DNA from: an uncultured virus (IMG/VR IMGVR_UViG_3300032245_001228)
Lineage: Duplodnaviria; Heunggongvirae; Uroviricota; Caudoviricetes
DNA: 64,000 bases
Reading direction: 5' to 3' (one strand)
IMG/VR virus record: IMGVR_UViG_3300032245_001228
In this document: piece after piece, positions 38,176 to 47,317 of the stretch
Position numbering within the stretch: the stretch's first letter is position 1
Layout of the letters: each line of letters begins with the position of its first letter
Notes under the pieces: model-generated
Told to the model about the DNA's origin: nothing
The model's input: the letters and a program-made list of their open reading frames with translations, nothing else
Database searches by the model: none
Program-made: the position numbers and the translations under genes

Positions 38176-38505
38176 ATGAACAAAAAAAATTCTATAATGC
38201 CGGTAGATCAATTAGAATTTGTAGACGTTTATTTAACTCTAGCTGTTACAGATTGTTTTCATATGCAAGAGTTATTTTTAAATGTTACCTCTGCATTAAC
38301 AGCAATTAATACTGATAAAGTTACAATGCTCGACGGTCAAGTTAGAGTTGTTGATGATGAAACTGGTGATTTAAAATATGGTTCAGAAAATGATCTTATC
38401 ATTTTTCCTGATTCAGAAGGTACCGCTGCCCCTTATTATGTAAACGGTAAAGGTCAAGCTTTTAATGAAGATAAAGAAATGATTTTTGATCCAGAGGATA
38501 ATTAA
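38176..38505 (+). CDS. Acidic hypothetical protein
   Basis: AAGGAG RBS. Confidence 0.65.
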   Translation: MNKKNSIMPVDQLEFVDVYLTLAVTDCFHMQELFLNVTSALTAINTDKVTMLDGQVRVVDDETGDLKYGSENDLIIFPDSEGTAAPYYVNGKGQAFNEDKEMIFDPEDN

Positions 38506-38684
38506 TTATGAACATAGAACTTGAACAACAACCCTATATTAAACAAATGCCCAAAGGTGAATGCACATATTGCGACCTGCAGTATGATAAGCCTACTGGA
38601 TTCTTTTCGCCTCACACAGCGTCTCCTAGGTGCCAATCAGGCGGTTATAATCATTGCACCTGTGACACTTGTTTTTAGGACTTT

Positions 38685-38960
38685 ATGAAAAAATATTTTA
38701 TTATACCTATATTAGCTGCAATCTTAACTTCTTGTTCTATCGGTGAACCTTGGTCACAGAAAAGAATAGAAGGTATTAGACAGGCATTTTGTGTTGAAGA
38801 GATGGGTGAACACCCATACTCTGCATCATGTGATTGCTTTGTTGCAGCTACTCAAAATAACTTTAAGACATTTACTGCTTTTGCACGATCAAATGGTCCA
38901 ACCCAAAAATATAAAGACGATCTACTATGGTGCGGTTACGTACTAGGAGCTAAACCATGA
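38685..38960 (+). CDS. Lipoprotein
   Basis: Lipobox LTSC. Confidence 0.6.
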   Translation: MKKYFIIPILAAILTSCSIGEPWSQKRIEGIRQAFCVEEMGEHPYSASCDCFVAATQNNFKTFTAFARSNGPTQKYKDDLLWCGYVLGAKP

Positions 38961-39206
38961 CACTAATATGTCCATGCAAATATTCGTTTCTTAACTGGCA
39001 TCATCCAGTTTGTGAACCATACGATGATGAGGATTAAACATGCCAAAAGATAGTCCGTTATTTAATCACTTTGTTATATTCTTTATTTGTACTACATCTT
39101 TATTATTAATAGATAATGCAATATCTTTTCCTATGGCTTTATTAGCCACAAGAAGTTTGTATTATATTTATAAAATATTTTATCCACAAGGAAAAGGTAA
39201 GTAACT

Positions 39207-39428
39207 ATGTTTGAAACTATAAACCTTCCAGTAAACGCAGCTAATTATTACGGCCATCCAACCGCCGTAACTAACCTTCAACAGGGTGACCTACTGTACA
39301 TAGGTGACAAAGATAATCTTCAAGAAATGATTGTTCAATCTTTTATCATTGAAGATGAAGTAACTAAAATTATTACCGATAAAGCTATGCTTGTTGCATC
39401 CAGAACAACGAGAGTAAACAGAAGATAA
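39207..39428 (+). CDS. Hypothetical protein
   Basis: AAGG RBS. Confidence 0.55.
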   Translation: MFETINLPVNAANYYGHPTAVTNLQQGDLLYIGDKDNLQEMIVQSFIIEDEVTKIITDKAMLVASRTTRVNRR

Positions 39429-39448
39429 TTTATTGAAGGAGTATCATC

Positions 39449-39904
39449 ATGGGAATGGACGTATACGGAACTGATCCTAAGAATGAAAAAGGTGAATATT
39501 TTAGAAACAATGTTTGGTATTGGCACCCACTTTGGGAGTATTGCCAAGAGCAACATTCTGATCTAGCAATGAAAGTTGAGAACGGACATTCTAATGACGG
39601 TGACGGATTAGATGAAACTGATGCACTAAACCTTGGTATGTTGTTGAAACAGGATCTTGTGTCTGGAAAAGTTCAAGCTTATAAAGATAACTATGAACAA
39701 AAACTTGCTAGCCTGCCTATGTCTAAGTGTGATCATTGTTCCGGAACAGGAATAAGAAATGATGAATATGTTAAAGGTACCTGTAACGCTTGTAGTGGTG
39801 AAGGTAAAGTAAAACACTTTTCAACTAATTATCCATTTGATGTAGACAATGTTAAAGAGTTTTCTGAATTCTTAATTAACTCTGGTGGCTTTAGCATATG
39901 CTAA
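39449..39904 (+). CDS. Phage protein with DnaJ-type zinc finger
   Basis: CDHCSGTG...CNACSGEG. Confidence 0.7.
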   Translation: MGMDVYGTDPKNEKGEYFRNNVWYWHPLWEYCQEQHSDLAMKVENGHSNDGDGLDETDALNLGMLLKQDLVSGKVQAYKDNYEQKLASLPMSKCDHCSGTGIRNDEYVKGTCNACSGEGKVKHFSTNYPFDVDNVKEFSEFLINSGGFSIC

Positions 39905-40089
39905 CTCATCCACCCTTACATTTTAGAACTAAAATTCTAAATAAGTATTATGAGAATCTTCAGAACATGGATGAACTTGACGCATTAGCTATTTATAAGA
40001 ACTCAATGCAGAACATTTATTATAGATATAATCCTTATATCAAAAGAATGAGATTTGACAGAGATACTGTTGTAGGCAAGTACTCTTAA
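39898..40089 (+). CDS. Hypothetical protein
   Basis: Overlapping start; 63 aa. Confidence 0.45.
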   Translation: MLTHPPLHFRTKILNKYYENLQNMDELDALAIYKNSMQNIYYRYNPYIKRMRFDRDTVVGKYS

Positions 40090-40107
40090 TTAAATATTAT
40101 CTTTAAC

Positions 40108-40179
40108 GCCCCTTTAGCTCAGCGGTAGAGCACTTCACTTGTAATGAAGCGGTCTTCGGTTCAATCCCGAAAGGGGGCT
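40108..40179 (+). tRNA. tRNA-Thr(UGU)
   Basis: Cloverleaf; loop ct-TGT-aa. Confidence 0.92.
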
Positions 40180-40461
40180 CTAAGACAGTAACGTGTTCCT
40201 CTAGTAATAGTGGGCGAACGTCATAATGATGCAATAAGCACGTGGGACCCATATTCTCCTGGCATCATTACTGTCTTTTATTTTCCTGATAGTAGCGCAT
40301 TTCAATGTTGGGAATGATAGAATATAATGCGTAATACAATAACGTATTCTCTATCACTACTATCACCTATTAAAAAAAGGAGTAAACATGTTTAATTCAA
40401 ATGCTGAACTAACAATGGTTACTCCTATACCAACTACCCGAATACGTACCCTGTAATATAC

Positions 40462-40537
40462 AGGGCGGTATACCCTCACTCTTATAAAGTGTTGAAAGGT
40501 TAGTTGGTCCACGTGGGTTCAATCCCCACCCGCCCTA
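40462..40537 (+). ncRNA. Atypical tRNA-like RNA (no D-arm; UAU anticodon-like loop)
   Basis: Acceptor agggcgg/ccgccct, T-arm gtggg-ttcaatc-cccac, hairpin cact-cttataa-agtg. Confidence 0.6.
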
Positions 40538-40550
40538 CTAACGGAGTTTT

Positions 40551-40877
40551 ATGTTAGATCCTAAACCAGCTTGGACTCAACAGGCAGCTTGTAAAGCTGA
40601 ATCTCTTGATATATTTTTTCCTAATCGTTATACAGAAAACACAGTACAAAAACCTTTTGCATTATGTCAAGATTGTCCTGTTAGAATAGATTGTTTACAT
40701 GAAGCTATAACAACTTCATCTGTTGGCATTTGGGGCGGAACTACAGACTATCAAAGATTTAAAATATTAGACACTTATTTTAACAATAACCCAAAAAATT
40801 TTAAACTTTCAGATTCACAAGAAGCTATCGAAAAAAATATTTATTCTATTCCCCTAAGCTCAAAATATTTAATCTAA
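40551..40877 (+). CDS. whiB: WhiB-family protein (second copy)
   Basis: W.QQAAC...IFFP...CQDCPVRIDCL...GIWGGTT. Confidence 0.9.
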   Translation: MLDPKPAWTQQAACKAESLDIFFPNRYTENTVQKPFALCQDCPVRIDCLHEAITTSSVGIWGGTTDYQRFKILDTYFNNNPKNFKLSDSQEAIEKNIYSIPLSSKYLI

Positions 40878-40924
40878 TACTAAATCTAAACAAAGCATCT
40901 ATTAATAAGGAATAGGTAAGTATT

Positions 40925-41668
40925 ATGACTAATGAAGCTTTTCAAAATGATGACGATCTATTTAATTACGATCCTTCAACTGAAAGTGTAGATAACCAGC
41001 CAAATTTTTCTACTAGTTCCTCAGGTACTAAATATAATTCTGATATCCTTGACAGCATTTCTAAAAAGTTTGAACATGATAAAGATATAGATACCCTCGG
41101 AATGCTGGGGATGAGGATTAAATTTGCTCAATCTTTGATAGGCTCGTATACTGAATTTATTCAGAGAAGCGTTGTGCCTTTCCACAAGGCTGTCCATGAA
41201 ACTTTAGATGAACTTACCAATGGTAGGTTCTCTATGATTCATATGTACAATTATCTCGAACAGAACATTCTTCGCCGGTTAAATATTCGCTTCCTTTTAG
41301 AAACTGCATTTCTAGAAGAAGGAAATATTTCAGAACAGTTTAAAGAATTTATAAAGAATACCAAAATGGATCTTGATGAAACATTCATTCAAGTCCATAT
41401 TAATACAACTTTAGATATTAATAATCATGTTATTAATAACGAAAGATCATTGTATATTGAACTGGCCGAAAAACTAAATCGCGTTCCACTTAGTGTTATC
41501 ACTAGTGCAGAACCAGACATTGGCGATGTTCTTGAACTTACCCATACAAGTTCAAAGTCTTACCATCAAGATGTTTTTGAGGCGATGTTCGCTTCTTACT
41601 CAGATGAGCAGTACACCGAGAAATTATCTTCTCTTTATTCAACCGAAGTTAGGATTTCAAGAATATGA
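40925..41668 (+). CDS. Hypothetical protein
   Basis: 247-aa ORF. Confidence 0.7.
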   Translation: MTNEAFQNDDDLFNYDPSTESVDNQPNFSTSSSGTKYNSDILDSISKKFEHDKDIDTLGMLGMRIKFAQSLIGSYTEFIQRSVVPFHKAVHETLDELTNGRFSMIHMYNYLEQNILRRLNIRFLLETAFLEEGNISEQFKEFIKNTKMDLDETFIQVHINTTLDINNHVINNERSLYIELAEKLNRVPLSVITSAEPDIGDVLELTHTSSKSYHQDVFEAMFASYSDEQYTEKLSSLYSTEVRISRI

Positions 41669-42099
41669 GCAAACCTAAAATAAAGCGGTTATTAGTATTG
41701 GTAGCTAGTGCATCAGCAGTTGCTGCAATTAACTATAGCTTATTTAATACATATTTTGTATTTATGGCTTTAACTGTTTTATTAGCTCATGAATTGGGTC
41801 ATTACATTATTGCTAAAATTAATGGCGCAAATCCTGACTTGCCATTCTTTATACCTATGCCAATATTTTCTATTGGCGTAACACGTATAAAAAACATGCG
41901 TTCATTACCTAATTCGGTACGCAGAACAATATTAGCCTATGGTCCAATTACAGGATTCATGGCAGCATTATATTTATTAGTTTTATCTCTCATTCATTAT
42001 TCCATTCCAACAGTACCAATCTTAACTCTTTGCATCTCTGAATTAATATTTAATTACTTTGGCTCTGATGGGAAAAAATATAGAATGTTAGCTAATTAA
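41665..42099 (+). CDS. M50/site-2-protease-like membrane metallopeptidase (short)
   Basis: HELGH within a TM segment, LAYGP. Confidence 0.65.
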   Translation: MSKPKIKRLLVLVASASAVAAINYSLFNTYFVFMALTVLLAHELGHYIIAKINGANPDLPFFIPMPIFSIGVTRIKNMRSLPNSVRRTILAYGPITGFMAALYLLVLSLIHYSIPTVPILTLCISELIFNYFGSDGKKYRMLAN

Positions 42100-42143
42100 A
42101 AAAACCAAATTCAGAACACAGATTACAGAACGGACAGATACCA

Positions 42144-42365
42144 GTGAACTTTACAGAAGCGCAAAATAATAAAAACATCTCTGAATCAATACAGTCATAT
42201 CTTGATGACTGCTGTTTTGATGTACAGGCTAACACAAATAACACACTATCTGGGACTGAAGCATACTTAGTAAAAATATTATCAAAGATTGCAATAGGTT
42301 CAGCTACTGTATGGTGGTCAGTTATTGAATTGAAGCAATTTATTAAAAATCGTAAACCCTTATAA
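42144..42365 (+). CDS. Hypothetical protein
   Basis: 73-aa ORF in operon. Confidence 0.5.
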   Translation: MNFTEAQNNKNISESIQSYLDDCCFDVQANTNNTLSGTEAYLVKILSKIAIGSATVWWSVIELKQFIKNRKPL

Positions 42366-42374
42366 GGAGAAACA

Positions 42375-42758
42375 ATGAGCTCAGAAGACTACAAAGAGTT
42401 AGATAAAATTAAAAAATTTAACTTTTCTTTTGACATGGTCTCGAAAAGTAAAGGTGAGCTCCAAGAACAACGCGATGCGGTAAAGGAAAGAATAGATAAA
42501 ATTGTTGGTCACTTTACGATTGACGATGTACCTATTCTTTCTTACATTCTTCATGTTACCTCTTCTCGTGTTGAACTCAAAAAATTATCAAAGGCTCTTG
42601 ACAGACTCTCAGAACTTGCAGAGATTCACACATCGATCAATAATAAACTTAAAGTTATTGAAGCAGCTGAGTCAGATCCAAATTGGTTTGCTTTAGCATT
42701 TGGTGATTTTGATCAAGAGATCGATACTGATATAGAAAAATTTTTTACTCAAAACTAA
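42375..42758 (+). CDS. Coiled-coil hypothetical protein
   Basis: AAGGAG RBS. Confidence 0.65.
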   Translation: MSSEDYKELDKIKKFNFSFDMVSKSKGELQEQRDAVKERIDKIVGHFTIDDVPILSYILHVTSSRVELKKLSKALDRLSELAEIHTSINNKLKVIEAAESDPNWFALAFGDFDQEIDTDIEKFFTQN

Positions 42759-42775
42759 AATAGGAATATAATAAC

Positions 42776-44368
42776 ATGGATAAAGTAACATATAGTTTTG
42801 TTAAAGATGAAGGTAATTTTGTATTTAGATCAAAAGTTAATTCTTTTAACTTAGATCATGTTACAGACAAAGATGTAACTTCATTTTATACTTCATTTTC
42901 AAACTACGCTTATTTTGATACTGGCCTTCTTCCATTAGATGGAACAGGTCTGCTTGGTATTCGCAAAGCTGGTGATCATACACAAGTTATATATCAATAT
43001 AAGCCAGGAATGTATTATGTAAACTGGGGAGCTTATGAGCGTGATTATGATGCCGTTAAGTTTTATTTTGCCCAGCCATACAGAATTGTTATCATAGATT
43101 TTCTTGATAATAATTTATTAGGCGCTAGAACATTCTACACTGTAGAACCAGCAACTCATTCTGGTGTTCAACTCTACCATGTTAATTTACCAAATATCAA
43201 CTGCAAAGGTTATAGAGGAAATGCAGTTGGTTGGATTTGCTTGTATCATAATGAAGACTGGTCTAATCTTCCATTTAACGAAAGATTAAACAGAGCTCTT
43301 GAGCGTTGTTCTGGAGTTGAAGTTTATAATGATGCGAACATGAGTGAGACTGATGGACCTCGTTTCTATTCTGAAATGGGTTATCCACATTACACGTCAA
43401 ACCCTAGTGCTTGGCAGAATAAGTCTGAGCAAGAGGGTTGGGAGTGGACGCTCAATGCAGAAGAATGGATTCCAGTTTTAGTTAACAATAAGAATAAACA
43501 AGATGCGCACCGAGATAATGGCGTTCCATTGACATTGCTTGATGCAATAACTGGAGATTATCAGGCTTACTATACAGATTCTTATTTGCCAAAACCAATC
43601 AATCTTATAACTCGTGAAGACGCAGAACTTCCTAAGAATAAAGTTATGAATTGGTTTGTTCAATCTTATAATAATTCTTCAACTACATTTACTGGAATTG
43701 ATCCATATAATAAGAGTTCTGAAATAAGAAAGACTATTTCTATTACGCCTGTTGCATCTTTGTTTGACGACGACGAAGAAGAAGACGAAGATGATCAAAT
43801 GGTGACTTGTCCACTTACTGGCAATATGATAAGTCAGGACGATTGTGGAGATCATGATTTTATTGTTTACCAAAAGAACAGCGATAGTTCTACCAATGTT
43901 TGTACAGCTTGCACAGAAGAAGAAAATATTGTTTGGATAGACAATGCTCAAAAGTATTATGATGTAAACGATTGTCCAGAAGAAATCTTGTACCATGATC
44001 CAATGAATGGTAAATATTATGATTTAACTTTAATGAATGAAGATCTTTATATTATTTGTAATTCATGTGAATCATTACATGTAAGTTTGTCTTCAGAAAA
44101 ATTATTAGTTAATGTTTGGCCACATAAAGATAATGGTGAAACAATTTGCAGCAGATGCATTGAAGTAGACCATTTGCCATGCGGAGTATGTGGAGCTCGC
44201 ACTCCAACTCCTTACAGTGCTCATTACAATTCTTCAATTATCAAAACAGAAGAAGATAATCAATTAACGGTTTATTGCACTTGTTGCACTGAGCTTTCAG
44301 GATTGTTTGTCAAAGACGATGTTTCTCAACCAGCTGGTGGAGTAGACATCGATGATCAACCATTCTAA
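42776..44368 (+). CDS. Prokaryotic E2 family D-like protein with C-terminal zinc fingers
   Basis: DTGLLP, LYHVNLPNIN...GWICL; many CxxC; precedes JAB-E1-Ubl. Confidence 0.65.
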   Translation: MDKVTYSFVKDEGNFVFRSKVNSFNLDHVTDKDVTSFYTSFSNYAYFDTGLLPLDGTGLLGIRKAGDHTQVIYQYKPGMYYVNWGAYERDYDAVKFYFAQPYRIVIIDFLDNNLLGARTFYTVEPATHSGVQLYHVNLPNINCKGYRGNAVGWICLYHNEDWSNLPFNERLNRALERCSGVEVYNDANMSETDGPRFYSEMGYPHYTSNPSAWQNKSEQEGWEWTLNAEEWIPVLVNNKNKQDAHRDNGVPLTLLDAITGDYQAYYTDSYLPKPINLITREDAELPKNKVMNWFVQSYNNSSTTFTGIDPYNKSSEIRKTISITPVASLFDDDEEEDEDDQMVTCPLTGNMISQDDCGDHDFIVYQKNSDSSTNVCTACTEEENIVWIDNAQKYYDVNDCPEEILYHDPMNGKYYDLTLMNEDLYIICNSCESLHVSLSSEKLLVNVWPHKDNGETICSRCIEVDHLPCGVCGARTPTPYSAHYNSSIIKTEEDNQLTVYCTCCTELSGLFVKDDVSQPAGGVDIDDQPF

Positions 44369-44410
44369 TTAAAAATAACAGATACCATAATCACATTAAG
44401 GATAACTTAT

Positions 44411-46153
44411 ATGTCAAATGAAGTGCAAGTTTCTCAGCCCGTAACTTTAGATCAACTAAACTTTTTCTGGATGCCATCGGGAGTTCCATGTTTTATTGCA
44501 GATAACGATAACATTTGCGATATTGTTGAGGACATGGGTTTTAATATTTATTATCTTATTTCTAATAAGAGAATAACCAAGACAACTACTCCAAGCACAT
44601 CTACTCCAACAAAAGATGCTAAAGGAAATAATGTATACAATTACAACAAGACTCCTGTTACAACTGTAACATATGAGACTTCAATGTTTAAGATTGTAAA
44701 CAACTTTGTTGGTCGTGTTGTTGAAGCATGCAATGATCAATTGCCAGATAATTTCTTGGCTCTTGAAGAAGCTTGCGAATATACAATGCCACCGATTCCT
44801 CACACATTAGTTGAAAAGATGGATCAATTCTTTAGGCTTGTTTATTCTCAACATGGTACAGAATCTATTGTCTTGTTGACTTATGATATGACTAAGACTG
44901 GACCAGAGGGTTGGGGAGTTCTAGTTCCTGAACAGTCGAACACCGCAGCACATTGTAAGTATGACGCTGACAGCATTGCTGAAATAAAGCCAGAGAATGC
45001 ATTGATTGTTGGTTCTGTTCACAGCCACCCAGAAATGTCTGCATATGCTTCTGGCACAGATCATGCAGATCAAGCTGACTTTGACGGATTGCATATTACA
45101 TATGGTTGGCAGAAGTCTCAGAACAATGGCGCAACTCAGTATCATATGGAACTTCAAATGTCTGGAACAGCATATACTCTAAAGCCTTCAGATGTTTTTG
45201 AGGATTATGTTGTTTTTAAAGAACCCGATCCAGAAGTTGTTGATTGGAGTTCTAAAGTAAAAAAAGCACTCCCCCCTATAGCGGGGGGTATTCACACGGC
45301 GGGTCATACGCCGGCTATGCCACCGGCTCCGTATCAACCAGCGACGCAAGCCTCCTTAACAAGTGGGACAACACCTACGGCGGATGGGGTATCTAATCAG
45401 TCTTTTGGTTTTCAAACTAATTTTTGGAAACAAATGATTGACGAACTGCCAACAAATGCCCTTGTTATTGCAGAAGTAGAAATACGCAATAGCAACTATT
45501 CTGTTTGCCCATGCTGTGATTATGATTTGGATCTTCCAGATTATAATTCTAATGCTTGTATGGTTTGTGATACTCCTATAGTTTTAGATTCTGATACTAT
45601 CTTCCAAATTGAAGATAAGTTCATGGATTATTGCCAAAAGCGTGGCATTAATATCAGTAGTGTTGAACCATATCTTTATGGATTCAATCCTTCTCATGAA
45701 CAGTATTTGATGAAATTAAATCTTAACCTTAATCTAAAAGATCCCCATAGTCAATCTGATTATATTTATGAAAAAGATAATGACTATGTATATCTTCCAG
45801 ATGAAGATCCTTTAGATAGTCTTTATGATTTTGATGGAACAAGAACAATTTGTTGCAACGTACCTATGGAAAAATTTGTAACTGATTGTATGTGTTCTCC
45901 ATCAGTATTATATGAAGATCTAGTAAGATTTGAAGAAGCTATTAGAGATACTGATCTATACCAAGCTAACACTGTTTGTGATGAATGCATGCATTATTAC
46001 AATGCTTCTTGCCCACAGTTCAGATCTACTTTGGTAGAGTTTGTTAATGCTGGTGTGTTTGATTCAGAATTATACAAAGAATCGATTGCTGCTTGCGAGA
46101 ATTACGATAGCATTTATGCGCGTATGGCTGCACAAGATGACAGTATAGCATGA
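44411..46153 (+). CDS. JAB/MPN metalloisopeptidase with Cys-rich C-terminus
   Basis: GTE...GSVHSHPEMSAYASGTD (JAMM motif). Confidence 0.85.
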   Translation: MSNEVQVSQPVTLDQLNFFWMPSGVPCFIADNDNICDIVEDMGFNIYYLISNKRITKTTTPSTSTPTKDAKGNNVYNYNKTPVTTVTYETSMFKIVNNFVGRVVEACNDQLPDNFLALEEACEYTMPPIPHTLVEKMDQFFRLVYSQHGTESIVLLTYDMTKTGPEGWGVLVPEQSNTAAHCKYDADSIAEIKPENALIVGSVHSHPEMSAYASGTDHADQADFDGLHITYGWQKSQNNGATQYHMELQMSGTAYTLKPSDVFEDYVVFKEPDPEVVDWSSKVKKALPPIAGGIHTAGHTPAMPPAPYQPATQASLTSGTTPTADGVSNQSFGFQTNFWKQMIDELPTNALVIAEVEIRNSNYSVCPCCDYDLDLPDYNSNACMVCDTPIVLDSDTIFQIEDKFMDYCQKRGINISSVEPYLYGFNPSHEQYLMKLNLNLNLKDPHSQSDYIYEKDNDYVYLPDEDPLDSLYDFDGTRTICCNVPMEKFVTDCMCSPSVLYEDLVRFEEAIRDTDLYQANTVCDECMHYYNASCPQFRSTLVEFVNAGVFDSELYKESIAACENYDSIYARMAAQDDSIA

Positions 46154-46195
46154 CGATGTATACAACTTATAACACTTAAAGGAAACTAAAATATT

Positions 46196-46954
46196 ATGTC
46201 TACAAAAAGATTCATTGTAATTGGCGCAGGTGGCGTAGGTACTTGGCTTACCGCTGGTCTTGTTCGTCTTTTGGAATGGAAATTTCCAGGGTCTGGTCTA
46301 ATAATAGTTGATGGAGATAACTATGAAGAAAGAAATAAAGAACGTCAAGATTTTGCAAAGATTGGGAATAAAGCGGTTGTCAAAGCTCACGAACTTACCC
46401 CTCATTTTCCAAATACAACAATTATTCCAGTCCCTAAATGGGTGGTTTCAGATAACTTTGCTGGAGTTTCGACTGAAGATGATGCTCCAAAGATTAAAGC
46501 TACGGACCTTATCAACGAAGGAGATGTTGTTTTTGCGGTTGTCGACAATTTTGCTGCGCGTAAAATTATTTTTGATGCGGCTTCGCGGTTAGATAACGTA
46601 GATGTATTCACTGGCGGAAATGACGATGCATTGTTTGGTTCAATCTATCACTATCAAAAACGAGATGGTGTAGAGATTACCGAACATCCATCAGTATTTC
46701 ATCCTGAATATGAAAATGCACCAGATAAAAACCCTGGTGAATTATCCTGTCAAGAGCGTTCTGAAATAGAAGGTGGCACTCAATTGTTAGCCACCAATAT
46801 GGCAGTCGCTGCATTCATTCTTGGTCGAGTACAGAAAACAATTGTACAAGATCAAAGTCCAGAAGAAACTGAGATATACTTCGATTTGGGTATCGGCAAG
46901 TCCGAACCTTACAACCGAATGGTATCCCATGTTTCACAACCTGTTAACGTATAA
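46196..46954 (+). CDS. ThiF/E1-like ubiquitin-activating enzyme
   Basis: GAGGVG, DGD.YEERNKERQ, NKA, VDNFAAR, ELSC. Confidence 0.9.
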   Translation: MSTKRFIVIGAGGVGTWLTAGLVRLLEWKFPGSGLIIVDGDNYEERNKERQDFAKIGNKAVVKAHELTPHFPNTTIIPVPKWVVSDNFAGVSTEDDAPKIKATDLINEGDVVFAVVDNFAARKIIFDAASRLDNVDVFTGGNDDALFGSIYHYQKRDGVEITEHPSVFHPEYENAPDKNPGELSCQERSEIEGGTQLLATNMAVAAFILGRVQKTIVQDQSPEETEIYFDLGIGKSEPYNRMVSHVSQPVNV

Positions 46955-46972
46955 ATAAAATAAGGAGCAATT

Positions 46973-47224
46973 ATGGAAAACAATATGTCAGGTGCGTCAG
47001 CACAAAAAGCAACTGGTATGGCCAATCTTCGATTTGGTGTATACAATCAGCCAACTAACGTAGCTGGTAAGTCTGTAAAAGATGCAAGAGATCAGTTCTC
47101 TAAGATTTGGGGTATCCCAACAGACGCTGTAGCATACAAGGGCAAAGATAAGCTCGATGAAAACTACGTAATTCAACCAGGCGACAACGTGGAATTCCAC
47201 CGTCGTGCAGGTGAGAAGGGCTGA
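46973..47224 (+). CDS. Ubiquitin-like protein (PRTRC protein C-like tail)
   Basis: 83 aa, ends QPGDNVEFHRRAGEKG; follows E1. Confidence 0.8.
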   Translation: MENNMSGASAQKATGMANLRFGVYNQPTNVAGKSVKDARDQFSKIWGIPTDAVAYKGKDKLDENYVIQPGDNVEFHRRAGEKG

Positions 47225-47239
47225 TAAGCTCTTTATATT

Positions 47240-47285
47240 TGTGGGAAGGCTCTTAATCCGCTAAGAGTCTTCCCACATTTTTTTT
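47240..47285 (+). terminator. Intrinsic terminator
   Basis: tgtgggaaggctctt / aagagtcttcccaca plus T-run. Confidence 0.85.
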
Positions 47286-47317
47286 AAAAGGCAAAAGTCT
47301 ATCTGTTTAGGAAACAT

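Noticed and set aside
40180..40277. Theta/HDV-like ribozyme after tRNA-Thr
   Set aside because: The pairings are nested and lack the HDV double-pseudoknot order
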